Shown here: piece after piece, positions 38,898 to 46,974 of the stretch
Layout: the number at the start of each line of letters is the position of its first letter
How positions within the stretch are numbered: position 1 is the stretch's first letter
Source: a virus
Lineage: Duplodnaviria > Heunggongvirae > Uroviricota > Caudoviricetes
IMG/VR virus record: IMGVR_UViG_3300017778_003242
Span: 15,284-79,283 of that record
DNA length: 64,000 bases
Reading direction: 5' to 3' (one strand)
Notes under the pieces: generated by a model
What the model was told of the DNA's origin: nothing
Seen by the model: the letters and a program-made list of their open reading frames with translations, nothing else
Database searches by the model: none
Made by a program: the position numbers and the translations under genes

Positions 38898-39746
38898 TCA
38901 TCGTGCCAACATTTTTGTTATGCGCGCGACATCCTTCGACGGCGGCACTTCCGATGCCATCAGCGGGACGTAAGGCGTGCCGGGTTTGATCCACGAAGAG
39001 AGGAAGCCGGGGACGAAGCGGTCCGGGTAGATCGCGACAGTCGGCGTCTGGAAGTGATTGCCGAGAACCGTCATGCCGCTGATGATGCCCGTCAGCGACT
39101 TGGCGTTTCGGATGATCGCGGCGACCGCGGGTAGCGTCGTCTCGCTGATCAGGTTGTCCGCATCGACGGGGCCGATGGCTTTGAAGAAGTCCTTGTCCCA
39201 TCCTGCGCCGATGATCAGAGGGCGCTCGCCCGTCTGGTCCCCCAGCTCGTGGATGAGGTGACGCCAGAAGCCGGGACCGCGATCAGGGAACCAGTGTTTA
39301 TTCACGCCTTCGGAGCTGGCGTAGACCACATGCCTGTCGCTGAACCGGGACGGTATGGCGGGCGTCTTGATCTCGATATCGAGGTTCAGCTCGTACTCCG
39401 GCATCCAGTTGCGCAGATGTTCGCCGCGATCGATGACCGCGTTGGGCCACATCACGACATCGACGCCGGGCTTGCGGCACGAGAAGCCTGTCTCGCGGAT
39501 GCCGGGGTTCGTCCCGAAGTCGAACTCTTCAGCGGCATCGACGCAGTCCACCATGCCGGGCCACGAGAGCGCACGCTTCAGCTCGTGCGCCTTGACGCAC
39601 AAAGTCACGTGCTCGATGTTGTGCTTCTCCCTGAAGCTCTCAAGCTTGCAGAGAGCCCAATAGGTATCGCCGACGCCGGGCGGAACGCCGATGCGGATGC
39701 GCTTGGGAAGCGAGCGAACAACGCGGATGTTGTGCGCCTTGATCAT
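38898..39746 (-). CDS. glycosyltransferase family 9-like protein (second copy)
   Basis: IRIGVPPGVGDTYWALCKL N-terminus. LISETTLPAVAAIIRNAKSLTGIISGMTVLGNHFQTPTVAIY closely matches the GT9 C-terminal consensus. Confidence 0.6.
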   Translation of the reverse strand: MIKAHNIRVVRSLPKRIRIGVPPGVGDTYWALCKLESFREKHNIEHVTLCVKAHELKRALSWPGMVDCVDAAEEFDFGTNPGIRETGFSCRKPGVDVVMWPNAVIDRGEHLRNWMPEYELNLDIEIKTPAIPSRFSDRHVVYASSEGVNKHWFPDRGPGFWRHLIHELGDQTGERPLIIGAGWDKDFFKAIGPVDADNLISETTLPAVAAIIRNAKSLTGIISGMTVLGNHFQTPTVAIYPDRFVPGFLSSWIKPGTPYVPLMASEVPPSKDVARITKMLAR

Positions 39747-40054
39747 GCCGCGAGCCCTAGAGCCACACCAGCGCAGAGCATAGCGACGGCCACTACAAGG
39801 ACAGCGAGGAAGCGGAGGCCGTCAGCGACATCGGCCTTCTCGATCTCGTCACGGCACGCGGGGCAACGCTCAAGGCTCTCATTGAAGCCGTGCAGTTTGC
39901 ATTGGTATGGGTTCACGAGAAGTAGTCTCCTACGGGTTTCTTGTCGAGTGATCTCATAGCACTTTCTATCACGCGCGCCTGAGAACGCAAGATGGAAAGT
40001 TGGCGAAGTTTTCGAGCGCGGAAGCTGACGAGCGCTTCCTCTTTGGTCGGGCAC
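39743..40054 (-). CDS. small zinc-ribbon membrane protein (start uncertain)
   Basis: CKLHG...CPAC pair and a C-terminal TM (FLAVLVVAVAMLCAGVALGLAA). ATGA-coupled to the GT9 gene. No internal ATG, so a non-ATG start is probably used. Confidence 0.3.
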   Translation of the reverse strand: MPDQRGSARQLPRSKTSPTFHLAFSGARDRKCYEITRQETRRRLLLVNPYQCKLHGFNESLERCPACRDEIEKADVADGLRFLAVLVVAVAMLCAGVALGLAA

Positions 40055-40266
40055 GCGAAGCGCTTCGTGGCCTCAAGCCGAACGAAGCGATCGCGCCAGT
40101 AACGATGGTCCCTTATCCTGACGCCCTTGGGCGTGACCTTGATCACTTCGAATTCCTCGAACTCGACAGTCGCGTGGGAGAAGTAGGACGCGGAATAGCT
40201 CCCGTCCACTTCGACGCCACCGCCAGTGTAGTGCTTACGCTCGACGGCGCGATACCAGACAACCAT
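39913..40266 (-). CDS. hypothetical protein (117 aa)
   Basis: ORF. No motif. Confidence 0.4.
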   Translation of the reverse strand: MVVWYRAVERKHYTGGGVEVDGSYSASYFSHATVEFEEFEVIKVTPKGVRIRDHRYWRDRFVRLEATKRFACPTKEEALVSFRARKLRQLSILRSQARVIESAMRSLDKKPVGDYFS

Positions 40267-40407
40267 TCAGGCCCCCATGATCAGCGCGCCGATCAGCAGC
40301 GCGATCTCCCACTTGATATACTCGAACCGCCGCGTGCAGTCATCCGGATCATCGTGCTTGCGACGATTTGTGCAACCGGGCGTCAGCTCGCAAACGTAGT
40401 TCCTCAT
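40267..40407 (-). CDS. tiny membrane protein (46 aa, below ORF-track cutoff)
   Basis: ATG 40407 reading MRNYVCELTPGC...WEIALLIGALIMGA. Its stop abuts the next ATG. Weak SD. Confidence 0.25.
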   Translation of the reverse strand: MRNYVCELTPGCTNRRKHDDPDDCTRRFEYIKWEIALLIGALIMGA

Positions 40408-40408
40408 T

Positions 40409-40618
40409 TCAGAGCCGTCGCGTGAGGTTAGGGAAAAAGACGAGGACCGCTATGACCACTATGATAGCGAAGATCGCGCCACCCGAGTCTGGTGTCCGGT
40501 TTGGGTCTGTGACTTCCGGGCTCCCAGTGTCCGAAGGTACGGCACTGCCGTACGTGTACGTCGTCTGGTTGTTCTGGCTGTTCGGGTTGAGAGGGGACAT
40601 TTCCCATGTTTCATCCAT
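40409..40618 (-). CDS. small membrane protein
   Basis: C-terminal TM (GGAIFAIIVVIAVLVFF). ATG at 40618. Confidence 0.35.
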   Translation of the reverse strand: MDETWEMSPLNPNSQNNQTTYTYGSAVPSDTGSPEVTDPNRTPDSGGAIFAIIVVIAVLVFFPNLTRRL

Positions 40619-40901
40619 TGCGCGTGAGCCTTTTGCCGAACGCTCCAACGATGTACATCGGCGTTGCGTGGAGAACGACATCGCCGTTCGATTTGGTCCA
40701 GAAGTATTCGAGCTTCACCGGCGACGGGTCAGCGAACCTTGCTTCCCTGCGCGCGATCAGCTCGTGCGTGCGAGCGTCATCCTCCGCGGCCATTCTCTTT
40801 TCTTGGATGGAGGGAAGTTGAGGGAACTCGCGTGAGACTTCAGTGTACATCTCGCGCCCGTCCGATTGCCACGTTACTTTCGTGATGTGTCTGAAGATCA
40901 T
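40611..40901 (-). CDS. hypothetical protein (96 aa)
   Basis: Strong TAGGAGG SD before ATG 40901. Confidence 0.45.
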   Translation of the reverse strand: MIFRHITKVTWQSDGREMYTEVSREFPQLPSIQEKRMAAEDDARTHELIARREARFADPSPVKLEYFWTKSNGDVVLHATPMYIVGAFGKRLTRNG

Positions 40902-40992
40902 TTTAGGCCTCCTACTAAATGGCAAGAGGCCCGCCATTGCTGACGGGCCTCCGCTCTCTACTGTCTGGCACTCAAGAGCGACAGCGTTCGAC

Positions 40993-41886
40993 CTACTTGA
41001 CGTTGATGAAGGGCACAGCTTGGCCCGGCACCATCGTCGTGGGCAGTTTGCCGTCCCACTTCTCAGCGAGCGTCAGCTCGACGAGCTTGGGCGACGAGGC
41101 GATAGCTTCCGAGCGCGCCCGGATCGCCGCCGCTTCAGCATCGCCGCGGAGGCGGGTCTGCTTGGCATCAGCTTCGGCTTGGATCACGAGCATGTCCGCG
41201 TCGATCTGCGCCGTCTGCTTCTGTTGCTCGCGCTTCTGCACTTCGACTTGTGCCATCATGCGCGCTTCGACCGCGTTCTCGTAGGCGTCAGAGAACGAGA
41301 TGTCCTGAACCTGCACAGCCGACACGACGACCGGGTATCCCTTCAGCAGTTCCTTCAGCGCGATCGCGACATCAGCGTTGAACTTCGACCGTTGCTGGAT
41401 GACCGTCACCGCGTCGTAGCCGCCGAACACGTTCTTGACCGCCTCGACCGTCTTGGGGACGACGACCGTGGTGCGGAAGCGCTCGCGCGATCCGTATGTC
41501 TGGTAGATGTCCGAGATCGTCGCGTCGTCAGCCGGGATGGACCACGCCACGTTGAGCGCGATCTCCGCGGGCTGTTGGTCGCGCGAGTACGAGTTCATGC
41601 GGCTGTCGCCATCCTCTTTCGAGTATTGCCACGCAATCGGTTGCTCGCGCACGTCCATGATGCGGAAGTCGTCAACGAACGGCACTTTCAGGTTCAGGCC
41701 GGGCTTGGTGATGCCGACGAGCGCGCCGGTGCGAGTGTGGACCGCGCGTTCACCTTCGCCGACAGTGTAGAACGAATTGCAACCGGCGATCGTCAGCGTG
41801 AGGACGGTGACGACAGAGATCACTGCATTGCGGACGAGGCCGACGATGCGCTTGAATTTGAGGGCTTCTTCTTCTTCGTAGGTCAT
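40993..41886 (-). CDS. SPFH/band-7 (prohibitin/HflC-like) membrane protein
   Basis: N-terminal TM then an SPFH core (YTVGEGERAVHTRTGAL...) and a C-terminal coiled coil (QKREQQKQTAQIDAD...). AAGGAA SD before ATG 41886. Confidence 0.65.
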   Translation of the reverse strand: MTYEEEEALKFKRIVGLVRNAVISVVTVLTLTIAGCNSFYTVGEGERAVHTRTGALVGITKPGLNLKVPFVDDFRIMDVREQPIAWQYSKEDGDSRMNSYSRDQQPAEIALNVAWSIPADDATISDIYQTYGSRERFRTTVVVPKTVEAVKNVFGGYDAVTVIQQRSKFNADVAIALKELLKGYPVVVSAVQVQDISFSDAYENAVEARMMAQVEVQKREQQKQTAQIDADMLVIQAEADAKQTRLRGDAEAAAIRARSEAIASSPKLVELTLAEKWDGKLPTTMVPGQAVPFINVK

Positions 41887-42074
41887 TTTGGTTCCTTGAG
41901 CGTTACTGATGAGCAAGGTAGAGCAAGTGCCGTGCCACGCGCCTTGCACGCAGGGCATTCGTAGTCGTGAGGGTTAACGGCGACGCAGATCGCGTCGGGG
42001 TGTGTACGGTGAACCGGAGGCCCACCGTACATTCCGCTTTCCATGAAGGCGCGGATGTCTTCCCGACTGATCAT
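41883..42074 (-). CDS. small Cys-rich protein (64 aa)
   Basis: HDYECPACKARG zinc-ribbon-like motif. ATGA-coupled to the SPFH gene. Confidence 0.3.
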   Translation of the reverse strand: MISREDIRAFMESGMYGGPPVHRTHPDAICVAVNPHDYECPACKARGTALALPCSSVTLKEPK

Positions 42075-42448
42075 CAGAAGCCACTTTCCGATTCGAAGTT
42101 CTTGTACGCCTGTCGCCCGCGATAGGGCGAAGGCACGATCATGATCATGATGTCGATGCGCCTGCCCGTGTCGGTGCGCCATTCTTCGACATGCTTCATG
42201 TCCGGCTCTTTCCATCCCGACCGCATCTGGGACGATGTCCTGATCTGGACCATCCCATAACGACGCAGGTAGTCGTAGAGGCCGGTCAGCCCCGCGCCGT
42301 GATACGGGATAGCGACGATGTCCAAATCCTTTTTGGAGTAGCCGTGATTGAGGACACCGCCGCCGAGCGCGAAGCACCAACCGAAGCGCTTCGCGTCCGC
42401 GTTCATGCAGCGGAGATAGTGGACCGCTTCATCTAGGTTCCACATCAC
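42074..42448 (-). CDS. nucleotidyltransferase-fold-like protein
   Basis: GWCFALGGGVLNHGYSKKDLDIVAI resembles the minimal NTase hG[GS]...D.D motif. Weak match. Confidence 0.35.
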   Translation of the reverse strand: MMWNLDEAVHYLRCMNADAKRFGWCFALGGGVLNHGYSKKDLDIVAIPYHGAGLTGLYDYLRRYGMVQIRTSSQMRSGWKEPDMKHVEEWRTDTGRRIDIMIMIVPSPYRGRQAYKNFESESGF

Positions 42449-42993
42449 TCGCCGCCGTACTGGCAGTTCGAGACAGCTTCCTTGAATTCGTCGAAGCGTT
42501 CGCTCTGGAGGGTCGTGAAGATTTCCTCCCGATTGGCGTCCGCCGCTTCATCCTCTTCGAAGTTGTCGGTGATGTACTCATCGACATCATCGTCCGAGAC
42601 TTCTTCGGGCTTCTCGACTTGCTCCAGCTCGCTCGCCCACTCTTCGCAGGCTTGCGCGCGGCCTTCCAGCAATTCGCCAGTACCGGAATACTGGAGATTG
42701 TCCGGGAGGTTCTGGTGCTTCTCTTCCTGTTCGGAGCCGAGCTGGCGGATGTCTTCGATGATGCCGTCGAGATCATCAGCGTCCGACAAGGCTTCAAGCG
42801 CGTCCTCCAGATCGTAGAGAGCCGCCTTGAATTCCGAGTTGGTGAGCTGCGATCGCCGGGGCGGGGTCTTGCTGTAACGCTTGACGCCGCGCCCGCCGGA
42901 CATGAGGCTCCAGTGGTAGTAGGAGCTTCCCGCGGGGAGATCGAGTTGCGGAACCGGGCCGCGCGATTTCTTGACGTGTACGACTTTAACCAT
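42445..42993 (-). CDS. highly acidic protein (candidate DNA mimic)
   Basis: C-terminal roughly 120 aa are extremely Asp/Glu-rich (DLEDALEALSDADDLDGIIEDIRQ...EEVSDDDVDEYITDNFEEDEAAD). Basic N-terminus. Confidence 0.4.
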   Translation of the reverse strand: MVKVVHVKKSRGPVPQLDLPAGSSYYHWSLMSGGRGVKRYSKTPPRRSQLTNSEFKAALYDLEDALEALSDADDLDGIIEDIRQLGSEQEEKHQNLPDNLQYSGTGELLEGRAQACEEWASELEQVEKPEEVSDDDVDEYITDNFEEDEAADANREEIFTTLQSERFDEFKEAVSNCQYGGE

Positions 42994-43143
42994 GGTCAGT
43001 GCCCTTGCTGAAAATTGTCCGGTGTCTCTCCCGGCGTCAAGCCTTCTGCGCTGGCTTTCGCGATCGACCGATTGACGCGCTTCTTGGAGCCTGCCCGCTG
43101 ATCAACGGGTCGTTACGGGTTCCCCATCGAGATCGCGCCCGGC

Positions 43144-43446
43144 CTATGCTGTCCGCGTCACGACCACGCCGTCAGACGGCGCTGTCCAGTTTCCGTACAG
43201 CACGCCGCCGCGGACGGTGCTCGACGAGAACTTCATCTGCTTCGAACGCTGCACGAAGGCGATCGCGTTGGACAGGCGACGCGCCGTCTTCACGACAGTC
43301 TCCATCTCGCCGCTGATGTCGTCCACCACACGCGCGCCATGGAAAGCGCTCTCACCGACGGCCATTGCACGCAGGCCATAGATGTCCGAGCCGGTGCGCC
43401 CGCCAAAGCCTTGGCGCTTGGGCTTCTCGAAACCTTCGATCTTCAT
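43144..43446 (-). CDS. hypothetical protein (100 aa)
   Basis: First gene of the leftward cluster, after the tRNA. No motif. Confidence 0.4.
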   Translation of the reverse strand: MKIEGFEKPKRQGFGGRTGSDIYGLRAMAVGESAFHGARVVDDISGEMETVVKTARRLSNAIAFVQRSKQMKFSSSTVRGGVLYGNWTAPSDGVVVTRTA

Positions 43447-43594
43447 TTGGTCATTCCTTGCTAGAGCCCCAGTGCGGAGCGGTCAGACGTGTTATGCAGG
43501 CAGCGTGCCACATCGTCAACAACTATTTTACTGCATTAGATAAAAAGATGGCCGGACACGAATGCCCGGCCATGTTCTTACTGAGTTCGGTAAA

Positions 43595-43671
43595 TGGTAC
43601 GAAGGGAAAGAATCGAACTTTCGACCTCGCGGTTATCAACCGCGCGCTCTTCCCAACTGAGCTACCCTCGC
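43595..43671 (-). tRNA. tRNA-Ile (anticodon GAU)
   Basis: Reverse complement reads GCGAGGGTAGCTCAGTTGGGAAGAGCGCGCGGTTGATAACCGCGAGGTCGAAAGTTCGATTCTTTCCCTTCGTACCA. D-arm GCTC/GAGC, anticodon stem CGCGG/CCGCG with loop TTGATAA, T-arm GAAAG-TTCGATT-CTTTC, encoded CCA. Confidence 0.7.
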
Positions 43672-44182
43672 AAACGGTTAGTCGCGAGACATGGTAATTC
43701 GCTTCGGACCCTTGGACTTGCGGGCGAGCGCGGCCAGAGGCTTCGCCGCGGGTTTCTGGGCGACGGCTTTCTTCTGACGGGACTTCTTCAGCATGGACAT
43801 GGGCAATACCCCTTGAAATGATGGCCCGCCCGTACGCCGGAGCGCAGAGGGACGGGGCGTTACCTTTACGTTGTCCCATGTCCATGGACGGAAGTCAAGA
43901 CTATCGGGCTGTGGGCCGATAAGGGCTGTTATCGGGCGATGGGCCTTACCCCCTGCGGAGGCTAGAAGCCTTTTAACCCCCGTAAGGGATAAATTTCTAA
44001 AATTTTTTATGAAATCAAGGGGCTAAGAGGCGGGGCTATAATATAAGTACCCCCGGTCTAATTTCCTACCCTCATACGAGCGTATAATGACTGGCGTAGT
44101 AAGGTTAATGACCCATGTTGGGGCATTACCCCCTGTTAGGGTTAACAAATCCCTAAGCGGTAAGGTTAATCGATCGTTAAGG

Positions 44183-44300
44183 TTAATAAATAATAAAAAT
44201 AATAAATAATTAATTATTTATTATTTATTAATGTTACATTACATACTGTTAATGTTACATGCTATGTATATACTATGTGTTAAGGTTAATAACATACTAA
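44183..44300. repeat. nearly pure A/T low-complexity tract with palindrome AATAAATAATTAATTATTTATT
   Basis: Roughly 120 bp almost devoid of G/C in a 60% GC genome. Contains a perfect 22-bp AT palindrome at 44201-44222 and flanking AAGGTTAAT motifs. Confidence 0.6.
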
Positions 44301-44654
44301 TGCACACACCATGCTGTATAGGTTAATTGTTATTAACCATGCTCTATATAAGGGGGCTTAAATAGAGGGGGCTTAGCAGTGGGTTAACCTTAACAGAAAG
44401 CCACATTCTGTTAAGGTTAATAATTTGCGAATTTCTGGTATGGTTAATAAAGACCCTCAAAAAATTAACCAAGAAAGTAAGGTTAACAAATCATGTTGAA
44501 AAATTAACCCTAACAATGGATTAATTTAGTACCTCACAATTAGATTAAATTCATTTGAAATAACTGCCAATATCCCGCTATTCCGATAAAGGTAAAGAAA
44601 CCCATCATCCCTAACAGTCGCTTAATAGTGATCATGAAATTCCCCTTGTGTGGT

Positions 44655-44686
44655 AAGCCCCCTCTTTAGGAGGGGGCTTAGCCTTT
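44655..44686 (-). terminator. terminator downstream of minus-strand gene 44686-44934
   Basis: AAGCCCCCTC-TTT-AGGAGGGGGCTT hairpin. Confidence 0.5.
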
Positions 44687-44934
44687 CATTTACCGATGCC
44701 GAACTGGGCGGCGAGATTGCCTAACGCTTGGTTAAACCAGTAGATGAATTCCGCTTCCGTCTTGATCGTGCGGCCCTTCATCTGGGCGAGGCGTTGGGCG
44801 CGTTTCAGAACGTACAGGATAGGCTCTTTACCCTTGTAACCGAGCCCTGCGGCGATCTCGTCAATCGCGGCTTTCGTGGCGCTTGCGCCCGGCTGAGTGG
44901 CGTCGTTCAGTTTGGTCCAGTAAGAGGTGGTCAT
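44686..44934 (-). CDS. hypothetical protein (82 aa), divergently transcribed from cassette 1
   Basis: ACGGAGA SD before ATG 44934. Shares the palindromic operator with the rightward genes. Confidence 0.45.
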   Translation of the reverse strand: MTTSYWTKLNDATQPGASATKAAIDEIAAGLGYKGKEPILYVLKRAQRLAQMKGRTIKTEAEFIYWFNQALGNLAAQFGIGK

Positions 44935-45007
44935 TTGCTGTCTCCGTTTTGATGAGTTAGTTATGCCATAGGCTTGCAGGGAATGCAAGCGCATAATGCA
45001 GAATTCT

Positions 45008-45027
45008 ACATTACAAATTTGTAATGT
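45008..45027. promoter_or_regulatory. operator palindrome ACATTACAAATTTGTAATGT (cassette 1, divergent)
   Basis: Perfect 20-bp inverted repeat followed by AATGCA(A)AA..GCTATTGCATATCC and SD AACGGAG. Confidence 0.55.
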
Positions 45028-45110
45028 TCAAAATGCAGAAAATGCAAAAAAGGCTATTGCATATCCGGCCAACCTATGCGAGAAAGGGTCATCAACAACG
45101 GAGACACCAA

Positions 45111-45293
45111 ATGCAAATCAACTACCGCCAGACAGACGAAGAAATCCGCCGCGAATGGGCGGGCGTCGAGCGCCGCGCGCCGATCACGGCAGAAACGGCT
45201 CCCAAAGCCGTCGTGAAGCGCGACCGCTTCGCTTGCGTGGTTGTGGCCGTGTTCGTGGCCGTCGCGATCCTCGGCGTTGTGGTGACGTTCTAA
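45111..45293 (+). CDS. small membrane protein (60 aa)
   Basis: ATG 45111 after CAACAACGGAGAC SD. C-terminal TM (FACVVVAVFVAVAILGVVV). Confidence 0.45.
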   Translation: MQINYRQTDEEIRREWAGVERRAPITAETAPKAVVKRDRFACVVVAVFVAVAILGVVVTF

Positions 45294-45454
45294 TGGACAC
45301 GGAAAACAGCCTTTACCTGCATGGCCGCAAGCCTACGCTGGGCGAGATCATGCGACAGCTCAAAATCGTCGAGAAAGTCTGCCAAGAGATTCGCGACGAA
45401 GAGACTTCCTTTCAACCCCGCGACCAATTCGCGGAATTGCTTTTCGAGGATTGA
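45293..45454 (+). CDS. small protein (53 aa)
   Basis: TAATG-coupled. MDTENSLYLHGRKPTLGEIMRQ... Confidence 0.35.
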   Translation: MDTENSLYLHGRKPTLGEIMRQLKIVEKVCQEIRDEETSFQPRDQFAELLFED

Positions 45455-45458
45455 TCAC

Positions 45459-45779
45459 ATGCCCGGAGATATGGAACTGATCGCCAGCGACGCGCGCGGA
45501 ATTTACATTCCGCAGCATGTGGCCGAAGCTTGCACGCTGGAGCCTATCAGGAAGACGCCGCAAAGCATCGCCCGGCTAGCCGTCAACGTGGCGACATGCC
45601 TAGAAGGGCCGGACGCCGAAAACTACTGGGAAGCATGGAGCGAGATTCTAGACCTAGCCTGCATCCGAGTCGGACGCGCGCGGTGGTCGCTCTATCAGGA
45701 CGGCGATTGCTGGGCAATTCGAATGTGTGCCCGCGCGCGGAAAGAAGCGGCCCACGCGTTTGGGTGGGATGTGGATTGA
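45459..45779 (+). CDS. hypothetical protein (106 aa)
   Basis: GAGGA SD before ATG 45459. Confidence 0.4.
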   Translation: MPGDMELIASDARGIYIPQHVAEACTLEPIRKTPQSIARLAVNVATCLEGPDAENYWEAWSEILDLACIRVGRARWSLYQDGDCWAIRMCARARKEAAHAFGWDVD

Positions 45780-45787
45780 AGCAAGAA

Positions 45788-45823
45788 CCATGCCAACCGC
45801 GAGGTCGGCATGGTTAATTTTTC
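45788..45823 (+). terminator. rho-independent terminator
   Basis: CCATGCCAACCGCGAGGTCGGCATGG hairpin + TTAATTTTTC. Confidence 0.6.
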
Positions 45824-45833
45824 TTCTCGGTTT

Positions 45834-45862
45834 GTTAACCTTAACAACCTATTAAGGTTAAC
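45834..45862. promoter_or_regulatory. TTAA-N7-TTAAG hairpin element (GTTAACCTTAACAACCTATTAAGGTTAAC), copy 1
   Basis: 11-bp inverted repeat conserved after several small genes. Matches the CtrA-box-like spacing TTAA-N7-TTAA. Confidence 0.45.
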
Positions 45863-45938
45863 AAATCATTAACGCGGAAAAATAGGTCGTCAATCCATTA
45901 TATCACAAAAATCCGACCGGGTCAAGAGGAAAAATGCA

Positions 45939-45958
45939 ACATTACAAATTTGTAATGT
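45939..45958 (+). promoter_or_regulatory. operator palindrome ACATTACAAATTTGTAATGT (cassette 2)
   Basis: Identical 20-bp palindrome. Downstream TTGCAT -35-like element and AACGGAG SD. Confidence 0.55.
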
Positions 45959-46035
45959 AGCAGAAAAATGCAAAAAGCCTATTGCATATCCTGATCAATG
46001 TGCTATCTCTATTGCATCAACAACGGAGCGACCAA

Positions 46036-46134
46036 ATGGAAACGGTTCTGAAAATCGCCTTTTTCTTCTTCCCTTCGGAAGAACTCAGCAACCGGATTTG
46101 CGCGGTGCGCTTTCACAAAAAATGGAGCCGCTAA
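46036..46134 (+). CDS. tiny protein (32 aa)
   Basis: ATG 46036 after the cassette-2 SD. Hydrophobic FFFF stretch. Below the ORF-track cutoff. Confidence 0.25.
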   Translation: METVLKIAFFFFPSEELSNRICAVRFHKKWSR

Positions 46135-46135
46135 C

Positions 46136-46396
46136 ATGAAACTGGGACCGAAAGACAAGGTTATTGCGAAGGGCCATTCGCTCGTGGTTTTCGAATGCAC
46201 GGACATGGGTCCGGACGATGGCAATCGTTATTTTGTCTGCTTCTCCAATGAGAACGGCAAACACTCGTCCAGCCTCGGCTGCGCCTTGTCCATGGGCTTC
46301 ATGGACGACAACGGAAGCGGCCAAGGCGATTTCAAGTTTACGCCTGTCCAGATGATTTTCCTCGAACGCACGGCGGACTCGCTCCCCGACTATTAG
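46136..46396 (+). CDS. hypothetical protein (86 aa)
   Basis: ORF. No motif. Confidence 0.4.
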   Translation: MKLGPKDKVIAKGHSLVVFECTDMGPDDGNRYFVCFSNENGKHSSSLGCALSMGFMDDNGSGQGDFKFTPVQMIFLERTADSLPDY

Positions 46397-46412
46397 TCAA
46401 GCGAATAGTGCA

Positions 46413-46432
46413 ACATTACAAATTTGTAATGT
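46413..46432 (+). promoter_or_regulatory. operator palindrome (cassette 3) with TTGACC-N17-CATAAA promoter
   Basis: GCAACATTACAAATTTGTAATGTTGC, then TTGACCTATGCAGTGAGCTATGGCATAAAGGGTCATCAACAACGGAG. Confidence 0.55.
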
Positions 46433-46509
46433 TGCACTTTTTTCGAATTATCCAGTTGACCTATGCAGTGAGCTATGGCATAAAGGGTCATCAACAACGG
46501 AGAACGTCA

Positions 46510-46713
46510 ATGACCAAGAAACACTTCATCGCCATCGCGAAGCGCATGGCCGACCACCGCTTCAACCTCTCGAAAATCTCGGACAAGGCGACGCGTGACG
46601 CAAGCCTGAACGTCCTCGACGACACGATTCGCGATCTGGCGATTACTTTCGGAGACGTTAACCCGAACTTCGATTTCCGCCGCTTCGCCGACGCCTGCGG
46701 TTTGCCCAACTAG
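46510..46713 (+). CDS. hypothetical protein (67 aa)
   Basis: ATG 46510 after AACGGAGAAC. Confidence 0.45.
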   Translation: MTKKHFIAIAKRMADHRFNLSKISDKATRDASLNVLDDTIRDLAITFGDVNPNFDFRRFADACGLPN

Positions 46714-46726
46714 GGAAAGGAAGAAT

Positions 46727-46762
46727 TAACCCTGCGCCCCCACCGCGCAGGGTTAATTTTTG
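46727..46762 (+). terminator. rho-independent terminator
   Basis: TTAACCCTGCGCCCCCACCGCGCAGGGTTAATTTTT. Confidence 0.6.
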
Positions 46763-46772
46763 GCCTCGCGGC

Positions 46773-46801
46773 GTTAACCTTAACAGCCTATTAAGGTTAA
46801 C
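46773..46801. promoter_or_regulatory. TTAA-N7-TTAAG hairpin element, copy 2
   Basis: GTTAACCTTAACAGCCTATTAAGGTTAAC. Confidence 0.45.
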
Positions 46802-46877
46802 AAACCATTAACGCGGAAAAAATGCTTTTAGCCTCAGAATATCATATAAAGCGAGCCGGGTCAATAAGAAAAATGCA

Positions 46878-46897
46878 ACATTACAAATTTGTAATGT
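46878..46897 (+). promoter_or_regulatory. operator palindrome (cassette 4) with TTGACG-N17-CATAAA promoter
   Basis: Near-identical duplicate of cassette 3. Confidence 0.55.
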
Positions 46898-46974
46898 AGC
46901 ACTTTTTTCGAATTATCCTGTTGACGTATGCAGAGAGCTATGGCATAAAGGGTCATCAACAACGGAGAACTGCA

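Noticed and set aside
43523-43885. 120-aa minus-strand ORF
   Set aside because: It overlaps the tRNA-Ile gene and has a low-complexity Arg/Ser/Gly composition.
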